This document shows, in pieces, positions 39,750-50,803 of a stretch of DNA of 64,000 bases. Every line of letters begins with the position of its first letter. Positions within the stretch are counted from its first letter, which is position 1. Made by a program: the position numbers and the translations under genes. This DNA comes from Planctomycetota bacterium (lineage in GTDB: Bacteria > Planctomycetota > UBA8108 > SXIK01): the NCBI GenBank assembly GCA_965223265.1, contig OZ244999.1:9088001-9152000 (forward strand). Direction: 5' to 3'. The notes below the pieces were generated by a model. It was not told the origin of the DNA. It saw only the letters and a list, made by a program, of their open reading frames with translations, and did not search any database.

Positions 39750-39769
39750 TGAGGTGAGGACTGAGACGA

Positions 39770-41746
39770 GTGATGGCGAAAGAGGATCGGCGAAGGCGCA
39801 TCGAGTACCTCGAAGAAGAAATCCGCTCACATCGGCAACTCTACTACGCCGGTACACCGAGAGTCTCCGACGCAGAATTCGACGCTCTCGAGGACGAGCT
39901 GCGTGAGCTCGCCCCTGAGAGTCGCGTTCTCGCGGAAGTCGGTGCTCCGCCCGACGAGCTGACCCGAGTTTCCGGCGCCGGACTGCCGACGAAGGCGCAC
40001 AAAATCCCGATGGGGTCGCTTGAGAAGGTGACTGACGACAAGCTTGAGAACTGGGCGGCGCAGCGGGGGGACGAATTCCTCGTCCAAGAGAAGCTCGACG
40101 GAATCAGCATGGAGCTCGAGTACGAAGACGGGAAACTGGTCGATGCGATCACTCGCGGAGACGGATACGTCGGCGAGGTCGTGACCCACAACGCGGTTTC
40201 TTTCAGGAACGTGGAGCGGGAACTGAACATCCCGTTCAGCGGCAGCGTGCGCGGCGAAGTAGTCTTGCGCCTCAGCGACTTCGAACGTTACTTCGTCGGC
40301 CGCAACTTTGCGAACCCTCGAAACACGGTGAGCGGCACGGTACGAAAGAAACATGGCGACCGATCACTCAACCAGTACTTCGAGATGATGTTTTACGATG
40401 TGATCGTCGACGGCGTCGACTTCTCATCCGAGGACGAGAAGATGGCGTACCTGACGGAGCAACTCGAATTGCCGCTCGCGCCGTCGCACTTCGACTGTAG
40501 CGTCGAACGAATTCGCGAGATCTACGACGAGTATCAAGGTCAAGATGGCAAACCCGGACGTCGCTTCGAGCTTGATTACGAGATCGATGGACTTGTCGTT
40601 AGAGCCAATCAACTCGCGCTGCAGGCGAAGCTCGGTTGGCGTGGCAACCGGCCTCGTTTTGCGGTGGCCTTCAAATTCCCGTCTGAGGGGAAGACGACCG
40701 CGCTGCAGGCGATCGACTGGTCCGTGGGACTTAGCGGACGTGTTACTCCAGTGGCTCGGCTCGAGCCTGTCGAGATCGCTGGTGTGCAGGTGTCGAACGC
40801 GTCGCTTCACAACGCTGACTACGTCGAGGCCCTCGACGTGAGATTGGGTGACTTGGTGCTCGTAGAGCGCAAAGGCGACGTGATTCCAAAAGTGATGCGG
40901 CTCGTCGAGCGGCGTGGCACGGAGAAGCCGGTCATTCCTACTTCTTGCCCGAGCTGCTACGCGGAGCTCGAGTTTTCCGGCAAGCATTTGAGCTGTCCGA
41001 ATCCAAGCTGCCCGGAGAAGTCGTTCGGCGACATCTACCGCTGGATCCAGGAGATGGAAATCGATGCGCTCGGCGAGAAGTGGGTGCGTCTCCTCATCGA
41101 ACACGGCCTGGTCGATGACCCCGCTGACCTCTACACGCTGACGGTGGACCGCCTTCTCCCGTTGCCACGTATGGGCCAGACCCTTGCCAAGAAAATCGTC
41201 AATAACATAGACCGGACGCGTCGGCCGACGCTGGACCGATTCGTAGCAGCGCTCAATGTTCGAGAGTTTTCCAGACAGCGCGCCCAAATGCTGATCGACG
41301 CAGAGTTCGACACGCTCGAGAAGATGCAGGCCGCCACGGTTTCCGAGCTGGCAGCGGTCAAGGGGTTTGGAGACGTCCTTGCAGAGCGTGCCGTGCATGG
41401 CTTGGAAGCGCGTCGCGGGCGCATCGATCGCTTGCTCGGAGCTGGTATTCAGATCGCCCCTCCAGAGCCGCGTTCGCACGATGGAACCTTGACCGGTGCG
41501 ACGTTTTGTTTCACGGGCGCGATCGCGCGAACGAATCCTGCAACTGGAAAGACGTACAAGCGCAAGGAAATGGAGGCCATCGTCAAAGCAAAAGGAGGAA
41601 AGGCCGTCGGCAGCGTCACGCAGGGGCTCGACTATCTCGTCATGGTCGATCCGGGTTCTACCTCAACAAAGGCGCAGAAGGCTCGAAAACTCGGAACGAA
41701 GATCTTATCCGAGGAGGAGTTCTTCGAGCTCGTCGGCGAAGCATGA
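39770..41746 (+). CDS. ligA: NAD-dependent DNA ligase
   Basis: YY..VSDAEFD, EKLDG (KxDG), TRGDG, VRGE, NPRN, IDGLV, AFKF, GDVIP, C4 zinc finger, BRCT domain. Confidence 0.96.
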   Translation: MMAKEDRRRRIEYLEEEIRSHRQLYYAGTPRVSDAEFDALEDELRELAPESRVLAEVGAPPDELTRVSGAGLPTKAHKIPMGSLEKVTDDKLENWAAQRGDEFLVQEKLDGISMELEYEDGKLVDAITRGDGYVGEVVTHNAVSFRNVERELNIPFSGSVRGEVVLRLSDFERYFVGRNFANPRNTVSGTVRKKHGDRSLNQYFEMMFYDVIVDGVDFSSEDEKMAYLTEQLELPLAPSHFDCSVERIREIYDEYQGQDGKPGRRFELDYEIDGLVVRANQLALQAKLGWRGNRPRFAVAFKFPSEGKTTALQAIDWSVGLSGRVTPVARLEPVEIAGVQVSNASLHNADYVEALDVRLGDLVLVERKGDVIPKVMRLVERRGTEKPVIPTSCPSCYAELEFSGKHLSCPNPSCPEKSFGDIYRWIQEMEIDALGEKWVRLLIEHGLVDDPADLYTLTVDRLLPLPRMGQTLAKKIVNNIDRTRRPTLDRFVAALNVREFSRQRAQMLIDAEFDTLEKMQAATVSELAAVKGFGDVLAERAVHGLEARRGRIDRLLGAGIQIAPPEPRSHDGTLTGATFCFTGAIARTNPATGKTYKRKEMEAIVKAKGGKAVGSVTQGLDYLVMVDPGSTSTKAQKARKLGTKILSEEEFFELVGEA

Positions 41747-41771
41747 AATCCCGGCGCGCGGAGGAGGCGTT

Positions 41772-42101
41772 GTGAGTTTGCGGTCATGGCTTGCTCGGAT
41801 GCGGACTGCACGCCGTGCCCGGCGGTTGCTGGAGGCGGCGGTGGCCGGTGACGCGACGGCGCGCCATGGAACGTCACTGAAGCCTCGTCACGCGGGTCGA
41901 TGCGTGATCCAAGAGATTCGTCAGGAGGACGGCGAAATTGTCGAAGTCTACTTCGGCATCGTGCGTCATCCACGCCCCTATGCGTTTTCTCGCCAATCCC
42001 ACAAGGTCTTGGAGTTCTACGTCTTGCGCGTCGACGAAAACCGTATCCAGCGGCTCCGGGGCGAGAACTTGACGCGGCAGGCAGGCCGCGACGCCGATTG
42101 A
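41772..42101 (+). CDS. Small hypothetical protein
   Basis: GTG at 41772 preceded by GGAGG. Fills the gap after ligA. Globular-looking sequence (EVYFGIVRHPRPY). Confidence 0.5.
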   Translation: MSLRSWLARMRTARRARRLLEAAVAGDATARHGTSLKPRHAGRCVIQEIRQEDGEIVEVYFGIVRHPRPYAFSRQSHKVLEFYVLRVDENRIQRLRGENLTRQAGRDAD

Positions 42102-42300
42102 GTGCAACGCGCTCAGCGTGCCCTAGGATTTCTCTCGCGGCTCTCTTTACAGTAGCTAAACTAGTACTCTGTCCGAACCATCCTTCGCCGTGTTGGCGAC
42201 AGCGTGGAGCCCGTTCCGCGCTGCGTCGAACGACACTCGCTGACCTGGAGTTCGTCCACCACATGTCTACGACACCGAGTTCAGGCTCTTCGTCAAAGCG

Positions 42301-43932
42301 ATGAATCTTGCGGAGCTCACCGATCGTTTCTTGGGCATCTACTTCGACGCTCATCCGACGGCGGCCGTGCGACTCGGTCTTCATGAATACGACGGGCGCC
42401 TGCCGCAGCGTTCTGTTGCCGCGATCGACGCTCTCGCGCGGTCAATGCACGAGATCGCCACTCAACTCAACTCGGTTCCGGTTCCCGCCGCATCGACACC
42501 CGAGTGGCTGGACTATCAGCTATTGAAGTATGCCTCGCGGTCGATATGCCACCGCTTCGAGGGAATGCGACATTGGCAGACGAATTTGATGAGCTATGTC
42601 GGGGCCAGCGATGTGAGCATCTACGTGCGGCGTCGCTATGCAGAAGTAGACGTTCGGGCTCGCGCGGCGTCGAGCCATCTCCGAGCGTTGCCGTCGTATC
42701 TCGAGCAAGCGCAGCAGAATCTTGCTGAAGGTGCAGCCGCCGTGCCCCTTGAGGTCGGAATCGGCGTGCTGAAGAGTCAGCGTCGGTTCGTGGCGGAGAC
42801 CTTGGCGCAGGCGTTCGCAGAAGCGTCGACAGGCGTTCAGCAGGAACTGCAGCGCTCGATCGACTCGTCGCTGCCCGCGTTCGACGCCTGTGTCGCCGCG
42901 CTGAGCGAGTCGGGATCGAAGACTTGCGGCGATTTCGCGATCGGCGACAGCAACTTCCAACTCATGCTGAAGTTTTCAGAGGCGATCGACACCGATGTCG
43001 ATGCAGTCCTCGCCGCCGGCGAAGCTGACCTCCATGCGAACGCCCAGGCGTTTCGTGCTACCGGGGCCCGACTTTGTCCGCACGGGACACCAGCTGAAGC
43101 GCTGCGCCTGGCCGAGACTGAAGTGCAGGCCTGCGAAGTGGTCGCGTCAGCGAGGCAGCTGATGCTTGAGCTCAAGACTTTCACTATCGAAAACGACCTC
43201 GTCACCGTTCCCGAGGCGACTGATTGCAACGTTGAAGCGACGCCGAGCTACTTTCGCCCCGCTTTTGCTATGCTCGAAGCTCCGGGTCCGTACGAGTCGG
43301 GGGCTTCGGAAGCGTTTTACTACGTCACTCTGCCCGACGAGACGTGGCCAGAAGATCGTCAGCGTCAATGGCTGACGCAGTTCGAGCCGGCGAGTCTGGC
43401 ACTGGTGTCGATTCACGAGGGCTGGCCGGGCCATTTCTTGCACTGGCTCCACTATCTGCAGTCTCCAACGCCTCTGGCGTGCGTCTGCGATGCCTACTCC
43501 TCCTGGGAAGCATGGGCGCATTATTGCGAAGAGATGGTGCTCGAAGTTGGCTATGGCGCCGACGATGAACGTTTGCGCTTGGCCCAGCTGCAAGAGGCGC
43601 TCATTCGCAACGTGCGTTTGATCGCGGCGATCAAGATGCACCGCGGGGAGATGAGTGTAGATCAGGCATACGATCTGTTTCGGAGCGCCGCGTATCTGAC
43701 CGATACCGCGGCACGCGAAGAGGCGCGGCGCGGCACCTATGACCCAGGCTACCTGAACTACACCCTCGGCAAGATGCTGTTGAAGAGCTTACGGCAGGAG
43801 TATCGACAACGGCGTCCTTCCAACGAGTCGCTGCGGAGTTTCCACGATGCGTTTCTGAGTTTCGGCGCCGTACCGGTACCGCTAGCGCGGGCTATGATGC
43901 TCGGCGAGGATGCAGTGCTCGCCAAGTACTGA
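42301..43932 (+). CDS. DUF885 family metallopeptidase-like protein
   Basis: HPTAA..LGLHEYD, IHEGWPGH, EAWAHYCE, YLNYTLGK, FHDAFL..G.VP. Confidence 0.88.
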   Translation: MNLAELTDRFLGIYFDAHPTAAVRLGLHEYDGRLPQRSVAAIDALARSMHEIATQLNSVPVPAASTPEWLDYQLLKYASRSICHRFEGMRHWQTNLMSYVGASDVSIYVRRRYAEVDVRARAASSHLRALPSYLEQAQQNLAEGAAAVPLEVGIGVLKSQRRFVAETLAQAFAEASTGVQQELQRSIDSSLPAFDACVAALSESGSKTCGDFAIGDSNFQLMLKFSEAIDTDVDAVLAAGEADLHANAQAFRATGARLCPHGTPAEALRLAETEVQACEVVASARQLMLELKTFTIENDLVTVPEATDCNVEATPSYFRPAFAMLEAPGPYESGASEAFYYVTLPDETWPEDRQRQWLTQFEPASLALVSIHEGWPGHFLHWLHYLQSPTPLACVCDAYSSWEAWAHYCEEMVLEVGYGADDERLRLAQLQEALIRNVRLIAAIKMHRGEMSVDQAYDLFRSAAYLTDTAAREEARRGTYDPGYLNYTLGKMLLKSLRQEYRQRRPSNESLRSFHDAFLSFGAVPVPLARAMMLGEDAVLAKY

Positions 43933-44008
43933 CGCTAGCAATCAGTCATCGATGATTTGCTTGAGACTCTCGCGGGCGACCACTTCGGACGGAACAGGTC
44001 ACGACTGA

Positions 44009-45487
44009 TCAAGCAATGACGTCATTCACAACGCGACCGTGGACGTCGGTGAGGCGGTACTCTCGTCCCTGAAAACGGTGTGTCAGCCGGGTGTGATCGA
44101 TCCCGAGGAGATGGAGGATCGTTGCCTGCACGTCGTGGATGTGCACGGGATTCTCGGCGACGTTGTAACTGAAGTCGTCGGTAGCACCGTACGTCAGACC
44201 GCCCCGTATGCCACCGCCTGCCATCCACATCGTGAAGCAGTGCGGATGATGGTCTCGTCCATAGATTTCGCGCGTTAGTTTGCCTTGGCAGAACGAGGTG
44301 CGCCCGAATTCGCCACCCCAAATGATCAGAGTTTCGTCCAAGAGGCCTCGTCGCTTGAGATCGGCGATGAGCGCCGCGGTGGGCTGGTCGACGTCCCGAC
44401 ACATCAGCGGCAAATCGCGCGGGATGTTCTGGTGGTGATCCCAGCCAACGTGATAGAGCTGCACGAAGCGGACCCCGCGTTCGATCATCCGTCGAGCCAG
44501 AAGACAGTTCGCAGCGTAGGATCCACGCCGCTGGGTGTCGTCGCCATAGAGTCGAAGGGTGTCCTCGCTTTCGCCCGAAATGTCGAGTAGCTCCGGCACG
44601 GACGCCTGCATGCGAAACGCCATCTCATACTGTTGAATGCGGGCAGTGATTTCGGGGTCGCCGAGAAGCTGAGCGCGCGCGGTATTGAGGCGTGCGAGGG
44701 CATCGAGGGAGCTTGCTTGCACATTTCGGTCGACACCCTCTGGGTTGGAGACGTAAAGGATCGGGTCGCCGACAGACTGTAGCTTCACGCCTTGGTACTG
44801 AGACGGTAGGAAGCCACTGCCCCACAGGCGACTGGAGACCGGCTGCGGCGTGCGCTTGCAGCTGCCGATCGACGTCAGGACCATGAACGAGGGGAGATCG
44901 TCGCACTCGCTGCCAAGCCCGTACGTCACCCAAGTTCCGAGGCTCGGACGACCAGCGAGCTGCGCTCCCGTTTGAATGAGGGTTCGCGCTGGGTCATGGT
45001 TGATCGCCTCCGAATGAATCGAATAGATGAAACAGATTTCGTTTGCGACAGACGCCGTGTGCGGCAGCAACTCTGTCACCCACGCGCCGCCGGCGCCGTG
45101 ACGCGTGAAGCGGAACTTCGACGGGGCGATCGGCAATCTCTTTTGATCTTTAGTGAAACCAGTGAGGCGCTGCCCCCGCCGAACACTTGGCGGCAAGTCG
45201 ACGCCAAAGCGTGCAGTGAGGTGTGGCTTGTGGTCGTAGAGATCCATCTGCGACGGGCCACCCGACTGAAACAGATAGATGACGCGCTTGGCCTTCGGCG
45301 CGAAACTACGCACATCTTTGATACCACCAAACTCATCTCGCGTTAACTGGGGGTCCGCTGCTAGAAGCTTCGACCCAAGCATCGATGTCAAGGCAGTAGC
45401 GCCGAGATTGAACGCGCTGGAAGCTAAGAAGTGACGTCTTGTCTCCGCTTCGCGGCGAGCTTCGGTGGAAAGTGAATCGCGCATCAT
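44009..45487 (-). CDS. DUF1501 domain protein (Tat-like signal)
   Basis: TRRHFL, AKRVIYLFQSGGPSQMDL.D.KP, CLLARR..ERGVRF, WGGEFGRT, GRDHHP, RLTDVHG. Confidence 0.93.
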   Translation of the reverse strand: MMRDSLSTEARREAETRRHFLASSAFNLGATALTSMLGSKLLAADPQLTRDEFGGIKDVRSFAPKAKRVIYLFQSGGPSQMDLYDHKPHLTARFGVDLPPSVRRGQRLTGFTKDQKRLPIAPSKFRFTRHGAGGAWVTELLPHTASVANEICFIYSIHSEAINHDPARTLIQTGAQLAGRPSLGTWVTYGLGSECDDLPSFMVLTSIGSCKRTPQPVSSRLWGSGFLPSQYQGVKLQSVGDPILYVSNPEGVDRNVQASSLDALARLNTARAQLLGDPEITARIQQYEMAFRMQASVPELLDISGESEDTLRLYGDDTQRRGSYAANCLLARRMIERGVRFVQLYHVGWDHHQNIPRDLPLMCRDVDQPTAALIADLKRRGLLDETLIIWGGEFGRTSFCQGKLTREIYGRDHHPHCFTMWMAGGGIRGGLTYGATDDFSYNVAENPVHIHDVQATILHLLGIDHTRLTHRFQGREYRLTDVHGRVVNDVIA

Positions 45488-47931
45488 TCTCTGGTGAGCG
45501 TCTCATCAAGGTTAAGGAGAATCCGTGCGACGGCGGTGTAAGCGGCGAGCTCCGGGGCGTTGAGGTCAGAGGGCGTGCGGGATTCCCCGGTGCCGATCAA
45601 CTTTCGCGCCGCGTCGGTGTCGGCGCGGTAGTGCGCGAGGTACTCGTCTAGCTTTGAGAGAAGAATCTTCTGCTCGTGCTCCGTCGGCGGACGAGCGACG
45701 ACGAACTCCATCGCCAGTCGGACGCGCTCGGCTGGGCTATCGCCACCGTCGCGGATCAGACGGGCGGCGAAGGCGCGCGCGGCTTCGACGAAGGTGACGT
45801 CGTTGAGTAGAAGAAGCGCCTGAAGCGGCGTGTTCGTTCGCTTTTGCGTGACGCGGCAGGTGTCGCGTTCGTTGGCGTCCAAGAGCATCATGAGTGGCGG
45901 CTTGACCGCGCGGCGCCAAAGGGTGTAGAGGCTTCGTCGGTACAGCTTGTCGCCACTGTCGCGATAGTAGACCTTGCCTCCCTTGATGATCTCTCGCCAC
46001 AAACCCTCGGGTTGATAGGGTTTGACGGGCGCTCCACCCATCTGTTCATTGAGCAGGCCACTGACGACCAGGGCCTGATCGCGAATTATAGCAGCGGACA
46101 GCCGCAAACGGGCGCCGCGTCCGAGCAGGCGGTTTTCCGGGTCATGCCGCAGCAACGCCGGTGTCGCCTGGGAGGATTGGCGGTACGTCTGGCTGCAAAC
46201 GATGAGCTTCTGCAGCTTCTTGACGTTCCAGCCTGAGGTGACGAATTCGCGCGCCAGGAAATCGAGCAGTTCAGGATGCGACGGTGCGTCGCCCTGCGAG
46301 CCGAAGTCTTCCTGCGTTTTCACTAAGCCGCGGCCGAAGTAGTGCTCCCAAAAGCGGTTGACCGCGACGCGCGCGGTGAGTGGATGCTCGGGATTCGTGA
46401 GCCAGCGAGCCAAACCGAGCCGGTTGCGTGGCAATCCCTCCGTCATGCCTGGTAGCCAAGAGGGAGTGCCGGCATCGACACGGACCCCGGGTCGATCGTA
46501 GGCGCCACGCGTGAGGATGTGCGTTGCCCGCGGCTTGTCCATCTCTGCCATGACCATCACTTTCGCGCCGGTTTTCAGCAGCTCGCTCTGACGCAGCTCC
46601 AGCGCGCAAATCTCGTTCTCCCGTGACTGGCGCTCGTCTTCGGATTGAGACACACCGGATGCCTTGAGCAGAGATTCGAGGCGCACAGAATTGGCCTCGT
46701 ATTCGCCCATGAGGTCTAAGCGCGGCACGTGCAACATCGGTGCTGCGTCGCGGTCGCCTCTCGCTTTGCCCTTTTCAGGTACGTTGTGGAAGAACGCGAA
46801 GAAGCGGTAGTAATCCGCCTGCGTGATCGGGTCGAACTTGTGATCGTGGCAGCGGGCACAGCCCCACGTTAGCCCCATGAACACCGTGACAGCGGTTTCA
46901 GTACGATCGGCGACGTACTCGATGAGCCACTCCTCGGGCAGGATCCCGCCTTCGTTGTTGAGCCGATGGTTGCGATTGAAGCCTGTCGCCAGGCGCTGCG
47001 GGAGAGTCGGACTGTCGAGAAGGTCCCCTGCGAGCTGCTCGGTGAGGAAGTCATCGTACGCCATGTTGGAGTTGAACGCTGCGACGACCCAATCGCGCCA
47101 CGGCCACATGGTGCGCAGAGGATCGCTCTCGTATCCGTCGCTGTCGGCGTAGCGTGCGGCGTCGAGCCAGCGATAGGCGAAGTGTTCTCCGAAGCGCGGC
47201 GAATTCAGAAGACGGTCGACGACATTTTCGTAGGCGGTGTCTGCATCGGACAGGTCTGCCAAATAATCTTGGATTTCTGTGGGCGTCGGAGGAAGTCCTG
47301 TGAGGTCCAGCGTCACCCGTCGGATCAGCGTCCGTCGATCGGCTGGCGGAGAGAGTCCGAGGTCCTCGCTCGCAAGTCGCCGGCGCACGAATGCGTCGAT
47401 AGAATTCTCTGCCAGCCCGGGCAGGTCGCGCGGCGATGCGGTTCGCTTCAGCGGCACGAACGCCCAATGTTGCTCATAGGGCGCGCCTGCAGAGATCCAT
47501 CGGTCGAGGATCTCGACCTCGGCTGCCGACAATTGCTTCTGCGACTCAGCCGGCGGCATGCGGCGCGTATCGTCGGCTGTCTTGATTCGTGCGAGTAGGA
47601 TGCTATCCTCTGGCCGCTCCGAGCTGAGGACGCCGCTTGCGGCGGCGCGATCGTCGAGCCGCAGGTCTCCTTGGCGGGCCGCCTCGTCTGGTCCGTGGCA
47701 CGCGAAACACTTTCCGGAGAGGATCGGCCTCACGTCGCGGTTAAACCGAACGGGCGTCGTTCCCGTCGCGATGCGCTCGGCACTGATGGGGGCGCAGAGG
47801 CAGACGATCGCTGCCGCGGCGAGCGTGAGTTTGCCGCAACCTCCCGAGGCGGTGGGGAACCGGATTGCGGCTCGAAGCGCGGCGTTCGATCGGCTGCTAA
47901 GGGAGATGTGAGTGAGCGGTGACTGGGGCAT
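45484..47931 (-). CDS. PSD1/PSCyt planctomycete cytochrome c protein (DUF1549 + DUF1553)
   Basis: [72 protein letters not shown]. Start approximate. Confidence 0.92.
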   Translation of the reverse strand: MPQSPLTHISLSSRSNAALRAAIRFPTASGGCGKLTLAAAAIVCLCAPISAERIATGTTPVRFNRDVRPILSGKCFACHGPDEAARQGDLRLDDRAAASGVLSSERPEDSILLARIKTADDTRRMPPAESQKQLSAAEVEILDRWISAGAPYEQHWAFVPLKRTASPRDLPGLAENSIDAFVRRRLASEDLGLSPPADRRTLIRRVTLDLTGLPPTPTEIQDYLADLSDADTAYENVVDRLLNSPRFGEHFAYRWLDAARYADSDGYESDPLRTMWPWRDWVVAAFNSNMAYDDFLTEQLAGDLLDSPTLPQRLATGFNRNHRLNNEGGILPEEWLIEYVADRTETAVTVFMGLTWGCARCHDHKFDPITQADYYRFFAFFHNVPEKGKARGDRDAAPMLHVPRLDLMGEYEANSVRLESLLKASGVSQSEDERQSRENEICALELRQSELLKTGAKVMVMAEMDKPRATHILTRGAYDRPGVRVDAGTPSWLPGMTEGLPRNRLGLARWLTNPEHPLTARVAVNRFWEHYFGRGLVKTQEDFGSQGDAPSHPELLDFLAREFVTSGWNVKKLQKLIVCSQTYRQSSQATPALLRHDPENRLLGRGARLRLSAAIIRDQALVVSGLLNEQMGGAPVKPYQPEGLWREIIKGGKVYYRDSGDKLYRRSLYTLWRRAVKPPLMMLLDANERDTCRVTQKRTNTPLQALLLLNDVTFVEAARAFAARLIRDGGDSPAERVRLAMEFVVARPPTEHEQKILLSKLDEYLAHYRADTDAARKLIGTGESRTPSDLNAPELAAYTAVARILLNLDETLTRE

Positions 47932-48187
47932 GACGAGTTGGGGGCATGCCGGCGCCAGTTGGAAACCGGCGCAGACGGAGGTCGCTTCAAAAACCAAACC
48001 TGAGGATACCATCCTGAGCCGTCGAGCTTGCGAAATCAAGCGACGCCCGCGCATCGAACGACGGCAATTGCGGCAGTGGTGACGCCCGAATCGGAGGTGA
48101 AGCGTGAGGTTTTCCCGTGGGGCCTTGCCGCTACGGTGCTATACTCGCGCCGTGAATTTCTGACCACCAGCGGCGTGAGGACACGAG

Positions 48188-48889
48188 GTGAGCGACAGGG
48201 GAGTCTGGCGAAGTGATGGAGACTTGGAGTTCGTCGGGGACTCGTCCTGCGATTCCAGCTCGACGGCCAGCTTGGTCGAGCTCGACCTTGATCCCGTCAT
48301 TGATCTGCCCGGCGACGTGCACGACTATCTCGTCGACGCCGACGCCAGGATTGATGCGTTTTTCAAACGCCATTCTCGGGCCCAGCGAATGGGATTCTTT
48401 CCCAGCGACTATCCGCTGATCTACGGCGCGCTCGTCGCTCTACGTGAGCATGATCCGGAGCCGGGTCGATTCTGTGAATGGGGTAGCGGTTTTGGCGTTG
48501 TCGCCGGACTTGGATCACTCCTCGGCTATGAGTCGTATGGCATCGAGATCGATCCGCGCCTCATCGGCGTCTCGCGCGAGTTTCTTCGCTCGCATCGTCT
48601 CGACGTGGAGATCTTGGAGGGCAGCTTCATCCCTGACGAGTATCTCCGCACCGAGACCTTTTCAGATCGCGACACCGCGACCATCATCACCGGCCCTGGT
48701 GCCATCGACGAAGTGGACATGCCTATCGACGACTTCGATCTCATCTTCGCCTTTCCCTGGCCAACAGAAGATGTGATGTACCGCGACCTTTTCGCCCGCT
48801 TCGGAGCCGACGGCGCAATCTTCATGACATACCACGCCGTCGAGGAGGTACGAGCCTATCGCAAGGTGAGCGCCAATACTTCGACTTAG
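48188..48889 (+). CDS. Class I SAM-dependent methyltransferase-like protein
   Basis: FCEWGSGFG (motif I), YGIEID (motif II), FDLIFAFPWP. Confidence 0.75.
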   Translation: MSDRGVWRSDGDLEFVGDSSCDSSSTASLVELDLDPVIDLPGDVHDYLVDADARIDAFFKRHSRAQRMGFFPSDYPLIYGALVALREHDPEPGRFCEWGSGFGVVAGLGSLLGYESYGIEIDPRLIGVSREFLRSHRLDVEILEGSFIPDEYLRTETFSDRDTATIITGPGAIDEVDMPIDDFDLIFAFPWPTEDVMYRDLFARFGADGAIFMTYHAVEEVRAYRKVSANTST

Positions 48890-48946
48890 CCTTGGCGCCT
48901 TTCGACTGCGCGCGCACTCAGCAATCACTGAGCGGCGTGAGGGAAG

Positions 48947-50617
48947 TTACTTCCCGAAGATTTTCCGTTCTCCTTCGAGCTTGCGTTCGTTCTCGCTGTG
49001 CGCCGGTTGCCCGGGAAAGTACTTTTCGACGATCCAAGAGGGTTGGTACCGATCATAGTGGCGAACACGACCGGTCAGGTCGATCGTCTCGTTCTGCGGC
49101 GACTCTGCTGTCAATGGCACGGTGTCGCTGACCAGACTTTGCCACCGCTCGATCCACCCCATCATCTCTGCGATTCGGTCGCTATGTTCTTCAGCCGCCG
49201 AAAGGTCATGAAGCTCGTGCGGATCTTTCTCGAGATCGAACAGCTGCGTTTTGTTGATGTGAGTGTATCGAATCAACTTGTAGCGGTCGTCGCGCACGGC
49301 TCTCTGTTCTTTTTTAAAAAGCGTAAAGAGGGTGTCGCGAACCTTTTGCTGCGTGCCCTTCATCAGCGGCAGGAGGTCGACGCCTTCGACGCCTTCGGCC
49401 ACGGGTGCAGCTGCGATACCAGCCAACGTCGGGAAAAGATCGAAGAGGTACGTCAGAGCCTTGGAGCTGCCCCCGGCAGGAATTCCGTTGCCGACGAAAA
49501 TCAGGGGGCAAGCCGTGGAGTGCTCGTAGACGTTTTGTTTTCCCAGCAGTCCGTGGCTTCCCACCGCGAGTCCATGATCGGCGCTGTAGACGATCACAGT
49601 ATTGTCGCTCAAACCGGTCTGCTCGAGCGCCGTGATGATGCGGCCGACCTGCTCGTCGAGATGGGTCACAAGGCCGTAATACTCGGCGAGTTGGTCGCGA
49701 ATGACTTGCGGAGTCCGCGGCCATGCTGCGAGCGCTTCGTCCCGTCCCGTCATCCAACCATTGTTGAAGGGATGCTGTGCCTTGTAATTCTTAGGCAGCG
49801 GCAGATTCTTCTTGTAGTATTTCTCGCGATACGCCGGCGGTGGTTGACGCGGGTCGTGCGGGGCGGTGAAGGCCACGTAGGCAAAGAACGGTATTTCCGA
49901 TCGAGCTTTGGCATGCTCGCGGAGGAAGTCGATCGTCGCGTCGGCGAAGAGCTCGCTGGAGAACTTCTTGGCGTAACGCGGGTTGATCAACCTCGCGCCG
50001 TCGCTGGAGAGATCCCAGACCGGGCACTGCGTGTGGTCGCACATGCCGGTCTGCAGTGACGCCGTGCCGTAGCGAAAGCCGCGGATAAACGACTCCTTAC
50101 CGTTGTGCCACTTTCCGGTGCCGAACGTTGCGTAGCCGACACCGGCGAGAACTTCAGGTAGCGTCTGCACACCGCTAAGATCTTCCGGAGCACGATAGAG
50201 GCTACGACCACTGAGGAGCATTGCGCGCGACGGCTGACAAACCGCGCCTTGGTTCGAGCCCATGCAGTAGTTGCGCTCGAAGCGAAAGCCGCGCTCCACG
50301 AGTCGGTCAATGTGGGGCGTTTCGATGTGCGGGTTGCCGAGAGCCGCGATGGTGTCGGCGCGCTGGTCGTCGGCGAAGAGAAAAAGAATGTTCGGCCGGC
50401 TGTCCGCCTTGAGTATCAGCGCCGGAATCAGGATCCACGCACAAACGCTGAGCGCGAACGCACGAAGCCAAGTTGTACCCGCGCCACGCCGCCACTCACT
50501 TGAGACTTGCCCGGAACGCGAAGAGTCAAAAGAACGCAAGTGGGATAGGTTTGTCGTTGTTGGCTCTGCGATTTTCATCCTAGGACCTTGCCAGCGGAAG
50601 TTGAGGAATTGGAGCAT
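48947..50617 (-). CDS. Sulfatase (choline-sulfatase-like, formylglycine type)
   Basis: RPNILFLFADDQ, CQPSRAMLLSG (CxPxR), GKWH, APHDP, ADHG...GKQNVYE. Start uncertain. Confidence 0.92.
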   Translation of the reverse strand: MLQFLNFRWQGPRMKIAEPTTTNLSHLRSFDSSRSGQVSSEWRRGAGTTWLRAFALSVCAWILIPALILKADSRPNILFLFADDQRADTIAALGNPHIETPHIDRLVERGFRFERNYCMGSNQGAVCQPSRAMLLSGRSLYRAPEDLSGVQTLPEVLAGVGYATFGTGKWHNGKESFIRGFRYGTASLQTGMCDHTQCPVWDLSSDGARLINPRYAKKFSSELFADATIDFLREHAKARSEIPFFAYVAFTAPHDPRQPPPAYREKYYKKNLPLPKNYKAQHPFNNGWMTGRDEALAAWPRTPQVIRDQLAEYYGLVTHLDEQVGRIITALEQTGLSDNTVIVYSADHGLAVGSHGLLGKQNVYEHSTACPLIFVGNGIPAGGSSKALTYLFDLFPTLAGIAAAPVAEGVEGVDLLPLMKGTQQKVRDTLFTLFKKEQRAVRDDRYKLIRYTHINKTQLFDLEKDPHELHDLSAAEEHSDRIAEMMGWIERWQSLVSDTVPLTAESPQNETIDLTGRVRHYDRYQPSWIVEKYFPGQPAHSENERKLEGERKIFGK

Positions 50618-50803
50618 TCTAAGTTAATCGCCCACAAGATCTCTTCCAAGGGCGAATGCGAGGTGCGGCACTCCAGCTCGCGGCCGATGGTAGACCGGAT
50701 TTGTCAGCTCATGGCACAATGTTGTCGTATCCCGTTATCCTCATGTCGTTGTCCACGGCGGTCTGTTTTGTTGCTTCCACCGGCGCTGCGCGAGTGTACA
50801 TCC

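Noticed and set aside
44009-48054. DUF1501 + PSD1/DUF1553 gene pairs as a novel system
   Set aside because: Function is unknown, but they are a well-known, highly expanded planctomycete signature, and nothing distinctive was seen in these copies.
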